From positions 151,424 to 171,423 of the forward strand of contig WELB01000011.1 in NCBI GenBank assembly GCA_009602725.1: DNA of 20,000 nt, read 5' to 3'. The notes beneath the pieces are model-generated. The model searched no databases. It was given only the letters and a program-made list of their open reading frames with translations, and had not been told where the DNA came from. The stretch is from Spirogloea muscicola (lineage: Eukaryota). The position numbers and the translations under genes were made by a program. Below, in pieces: positions 15,204 through 20,000 of the stretch; position 1 is the first letter of the stretch, and each line of letters opens with the position of its first letter.

Positions 15204-15719
15204 NNNNNNNNNNNNNNNNNNNNNNNNNNNNNNNNNNNNNNNNNNNNNNNNNNNNNNNNNNNNNNNNNNNNNNNNNNNNNNNNNNNNNNNNNNNNNNNNN
15301 NNNNNNNNNNNNNNNNNNNNNNNNNNNNNNNNNNNNNNNNNNNNNNNNNNNNNNNNNNNNNNNNNNNNNNNNNNNNNNNNNNNNNNNNNNNNNNNNNNNN
15401 NNNNNNNNNNNNNNNNNNNNNNNNNNNNNNNNNNNNNNNNNNNNNNNNNNNNNNNNNNNNNNNNNNNNNNNNNNNNNNNNNNNNNNNNNNNNNNNNNNNN
15501 NNNNNNNNNNNNNNNNNNNNNNNNNNNNNNNNNNNNNNNNNNNNNNNNNNNNNNNNNNNNNNNNNNNNNNNNNNNNNNNNNNNNNNNNNNNNNNNNNNNN
15601 NNNNNNNNNNNNNNNNNNNNNNNNNNNNNNNNNNNNNNNNNNNNNNNNNNNNNNNNNNNNNNNNNNNNNNNNNNNNNNNNNNNNNNNNNNNNNNNNNNNN
15701 NNNNNNNNNNNNNNNNNNN

Positions 15720-18413
15720 CGGCGCGGCGCCCTTGTGGCGGCTCCCAGCGCCGCCGCGGCGCGCCCAGGTCGGCGACGCCCACGCCGGCGGCGGCGTTAC
15801 TGCCGACGACGCGCTGGGGCTCGAGTCCCGAGGGGTCTGGCCTGGACCTGAGGTCGGAGGCTCGAGTCCTCGTGCTGAGCTCGCGTCAGCGGCTGCGGTT
15901 CTTGCAGCCATGGTGCCGACTACGGCGGCCGGGGCGCTCGCCGGCTTCGAGGCCGGCGGCAAGGACCTCCTGGTCGTCGGCGCCGGCGTGCTCGGGTCGC
16001 TCGTCGCCCAACTGTGGCTCCAGGTGAGCCGATTTAGAAGCACGGTTGCAGTGAGCACGTCCAGCGAGGTCTGGCCATGCTGGGCTCGCGGCGCTACTCG
16101 AGGAGCGACGAGCCAAGCGAAACTCTTGGGTTCACACAAGGTTCAAGAGTTACGTCCCAATGGGGGCAACGGTTCAGCATGTAGAGGGCCCGGGTTTAGG
16201 ATCACCGTCAGAATGATGGTGCAGCGTGTACGAGTCCTCTGCGGCAGCTTCAGAGTCTAGGATTTAAATCTTGGACTCAGAGTCTACGTTGCAGGGTTTA
16301 GTGTTTAGGTCACCTAACTCAGACTCGCTTCCTGGGCGCCCGGCAGAGCCACCCGGAGAGCCGTGTGGTGGGCCAGACCCGCACGATGAGCCGCCACGAC
16401 GAGCTCCGCGCGCTGGGCGTCCTGCCGGTTGTCGAGGAGGGCTTGGCGGCGCGCCCGATCGCCTTCCCAAGCGCCATCTTCTGCGCCCCGCCCTCAGGCA
16501 GCGACGATTATCCGGCTGAAGTGCGGTAAGTCAACTGAGGCAGTCGGAAATCATCACTGATTGGAATCCATCTTAGCTTGACTCTGCAGCTCGACTCTTG
16601 CGGTTGTATTGTGCTTGTTGACAGCAGTGCTGGCTGCAGCAATATGGGCTTTTGACTGAGCACGATTCAGCCAGCATGGGATAGGCATGAGCATCACAAG
16701 TCGCAACGTGTCTGTCTTGCTAAATCCCTAATTGTGTTTTTTGCAAAACGAGATAGTATGTGGTTGAGCCATTGTAGTGCACGGCATACGACGAGGATGT
16801 TTCTGACATCAAACTCTCAAACAGCTCCTTACTGTTCTTCAGTCCCTTGCACCACAGCAGTTAGTGACATCAAGCAATTTGCTGGTAATATTGATACTTC
16901 ATGCTTGCTCCTTGCTCTGAGCCTGCAGCGCTGCCATTGGGCGGTGGAGTGGAGCGGGCTCCCTCCTCTTCACCTCCAGCAGCGGCCTTTACACCGCAGC
17001 CAATAACGGCCCCTGCCCGGAGGTGAGCTTCAAAGAGTCCTGGCTTGCTCAAGTATTTTGTTGTATAATTAAAGCATAGTCACACTGCTTCACATGTCAT
17101 CCTAGTCCGGCCTTATCTACTGTACCCGTGGCACCAGGCTAGTGTGGCATTCTGCGTATACCAAGCTGACATTGTTTAGCGATCTTTTGTCCAGGATGCG
17201 CCTGTGGCGACCCTGGGCATGACGCCGCGCCTTGACCGGCTGCTGCTGGCGGAGGAGGAGGTGCTGAAGGTGGGGGGCAACGTTGTCCGCTTTGCTGGCC
17301 TATACATATCCGCAGCACAGTCTTCGCAAGGTCGTTGATCATGGGCTGCTCTGTCACGAGATGTCATTACCTTGCTCGAAGGTCAGTGCATTGTAAGGTC
17401 TTGCATCCTTGACTTGCTCAGAGTACACTCTGGAGCGGGGGCCGCACACCTTCTGGCTAAAGAAGGGGTCAGTGGACTCACGGCCCGACCACCTTCTCAA
17501 CCTCATCCATTATGAGGTGACACGCTTGGCCATTGTTGGGGGTGGTGATGCTGCACAGTACGTCAGGAAGTGCCATTCTCTCTGCCATTTCCCGGGCTTG
17601 CTTGCTGTACTTGCTCTCACACGGACGAGCTACTATACTAGCCTGTATCACCACGGTGGATGATACTGCTGATTTGTTGTCTATCTAGCAGGACGCAGCA
17701 TCGTTATGCGTTGCCATCCTCAGTAGCGATGCAAGGGGCAAGGTCTTTATGGGCTGCGACAACACACCACTATCAAGGTGAGCCCTCCTTTAGTGTGGCA
17801 GAATGTATGTGAGCAGCTGCACCTCCACTGAAAGATCTTCTCCAAGCATCCCTCAAGCTCTCTGTTCAGCTAATTGTCCACTGGTGCCCAAACCGCAACA
17901 GTGAGTTGAATTCCTGCTTCACCCAGTGTTGAACCTCGTAAATGCAACTTTGTGTTAATGGTAGCCCCCCATGGTGACCTGCTTCACCCAGTGTTGATCC
18001 TTGTAAGCAGCATGCAACATTGTACTGATGGTAGCTCCCCATGGTGGTCACCATCAGGCAAGAGCTGATGGATGCAACCACCGGAAGCGGGTTGTTTGAG
18101 GGCTTGTTTACAGGCTTCACTGGTGAGGTTCTTAGACGCCCTGGACTCACTTGTGGTGGCAGTCGCCGGGCAGGCGGCTCAGGCTGAGACCATTTGCATG
18201 TGATAGTGGGCCTGTTTGGAGAATAAGGCGTACAAGCCTTGAATGCTGCCTGTTATCTGATGTGTGAAGCCTGACTTCCTCGCAGCCACGAATGGGCCAC
18301 TTGGAAAACGGATGTGCAATCATGAGACACGCGCGGCTCTTGGCTGGAAGCCCAAGTATGGCAGCTTCTTCGAGTTTCTAGATGAGGCCAAAAGGAGAGC
18401 AGGAGCAGTGTAA
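15720..18413 (+). CDS. NAD(P)-binding Rossmann-fold protein (atypical SDR/epimerase-like, At2g39080-like), probably plastid-targeted; start probably in the gap
   Basis: Exons <15720-16023, 16347-16525, 16929-17022, 17195-17305, 17427-17516, 17692-17777, 18058-18122 and 18286-18413 (TAA). The nucleotide-binding motif is DLLVVGAGVLG. Further conserved segments are IFCAPPSGSDDYPAEVR, LFTSSSG, VVRFAGLY|TLERGPHTFWL, RPDHLLNLIHYEDAASL, FMGCDNTPLSRQE and GPLGKRMCNHETRAALGWKPKY. Confidence 0.88.
17306..17426 (+). other. U12-type (minor spliceosome) AT-AC intron
   Basis: The 5' end is ATATCC(GC), the branch site TCCTTGAC is at 17406-17413 with the branch A 14 nt from the 3' end, and the intron ends ...GTAC. 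Removal joins AGLY to TLERG with no insertion relative to the recalled homologue (AGLYTETRGAH). Confidence 0.8.
17913..18047. repeat. Imperfect tandem duplication of about 65-70 bp in an intron of the Rossmann-fold gene
   Basis: CCTGCTTCACCCAGTGTTGA..ATGCAAC..ATGGTAGC..CCCCATGGTG occurs starting at 17913 and again at 17978. Confidence 0.85.
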
Positions 18414-19098
18414 CCGTCCTTTCGGTGTGATAGTGATAGATAGATTCCCTGTAATCATAGCGCCTAGAAGACAATCATTGGCCAGGAATTGTTCTGGTTT
18501 AAGTCAGGAAGAAGAAAGATCAGAAAGCTTCCCTGTAGAGGCTAAAGCATCAGGCAACTTCATTTCGAGGGGGAGTAAGAATTGTAGCAAGAATCCGCAG
18601 TTTTCTGCTAGAAAAGGCCTGCACCACCTTCAATCAGTCAAACAACGTTGGATAGATTGTAGTGATGACCACCTTTGATCATACTTCAGATCATTTGTAA
18701 GGATGACTCATGAGCCACACAGTCAACATATGTGCTGCTTTTCGATATGCAACAATGTCGACATAACAGTGTCAGCATCAATTTCCTATGTCGGTTTCCC
18801 ATTTACAGAGGCATAGTTTGCAATATTGGGCCTTTGCTAATGTCCTCGTGACTATGAAGGTGACAACTTTGGAGTTCACTTGACCTGAGTCCTCAGTCAC
18901 TAGCTCATCAACCATCTTGATCTAGACATCAGACAAGAAGACTGTGGCAGCAGCAGGTGTCTCAGATGGGCAAACCTATGAAGGCCGGGAGCAGAGGCGT
19001 CCTGGTGAGCAGCTGAGAGGACGACGATGGAGGCTTGCCGGGAAAGCATGGATGCTCTCTACCAAGCGAGCAAAAGAGACAGAGAGAGAGAGGGGGGC

Positions 19099-19308
<210 letters not shown>

Positions 19309-20000
19309 ACAACGGGGTATTGAGTAGTATAAGAGCCAGAGTGCGTAAAGTACGGGATAAGCACATCTGCAATGTATGCCGCCTGCTGCTCAGGTGGCTG
19401 GTGACGCTGCAACGAGCAAGGCCTAGGCAGGCCTTGGTCTGGTTGGAGAAGGCTCTGTCAAAGAAGGGAGCAGTGGCTGTTGAAGATCAGTCAAACAAGA
19501 ATGTATAAGGTAGACGGAAGGTTTCTTCGAAGAGCCTCTTCTTTTATTGATTCTTCTTTCTGGGCTGGCCTCTCCCAGCCACCGCCCTCTCGTGGAAGCG
19601 TCTTTTTCCTTTCGAACCCCCTGCCATCCCTCCTGCCACTTGTTGCTGCCTCACTCATCCCGCAGCTCCAGAAGTGGTCGTGGGACGAGTCAACAAGGCC
19701 TCTTTTCTTAGCATTACTTTTTTTCTGAACAATGTATTGGCTTGAATCGGCCACGCTTTCATTCCAAGCGCACCGCGCGCCTTGTCTCTTTTCGAAAAAG
19801 AAAATGCGTGTATAAAAAGAGATGGGGAGGCCATGTGTGGCCAAGTACAAAGGCAAGCACATTGGACAAATGTACGTCACCTGCTGCTAAGCTGACCCGC
19901 TCAGTAACCACGAGTCAGCACATAGAGGTCGCTAGCTGACGCTCGAATACCGGACGGCAATTGACTAGCTCTTGTGCCAGCAGCTAAGGCTCGACCAGCT

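Noticed and set aside
15066..16139. 357-aa minus-strand ORF spanning the gap
   Set aside because: It artificially joins the antisense of the Rossmann-fold exon to the RH58 exon across Ns.

Overview
Gene-dense eukaryotic nuclear DNA from a green plant lineage. Plant-type gene families, short GT-AG introns, TTTAGGG-like motifs and very GC-rich 5' gene ends suggest a streptophyte alga (inference). Five intron-containing genes can be spliced by hand: the 3' part of a 3xHMG-box gene (+, <1-2283), a plant core alpha-1,3-fucosyltransferase (GT10, FUT11/12-like; -, 3214 to >5298), a plastid-type class A DnaJ (-, 7390 to >10318), an RH58-like DEAD-box RNA helicase (-, 11677 to >15203), and a divergent NAD(P)-binding Rossmann-fold protein (+, <15720-18413). 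Homology calls rest on my recollection of the Arabidopsis proteins, not on a database search. Assembly gaps at 5421-5691 and 15204-15719 hide the 5' ends of three genes. The most notable signal is an AT-AC minor-spliceosome (U12) intron at 17306-17426 with a degenerate 5' site and a nested, frame-preserving GT-AG intron, a twintron-like arrangement. Other signals are CpG-island-like 5' ends that bias protein composition and telomere-like motifs near island borders. No mobile element, CRISPR array or RNA gene was recognised.
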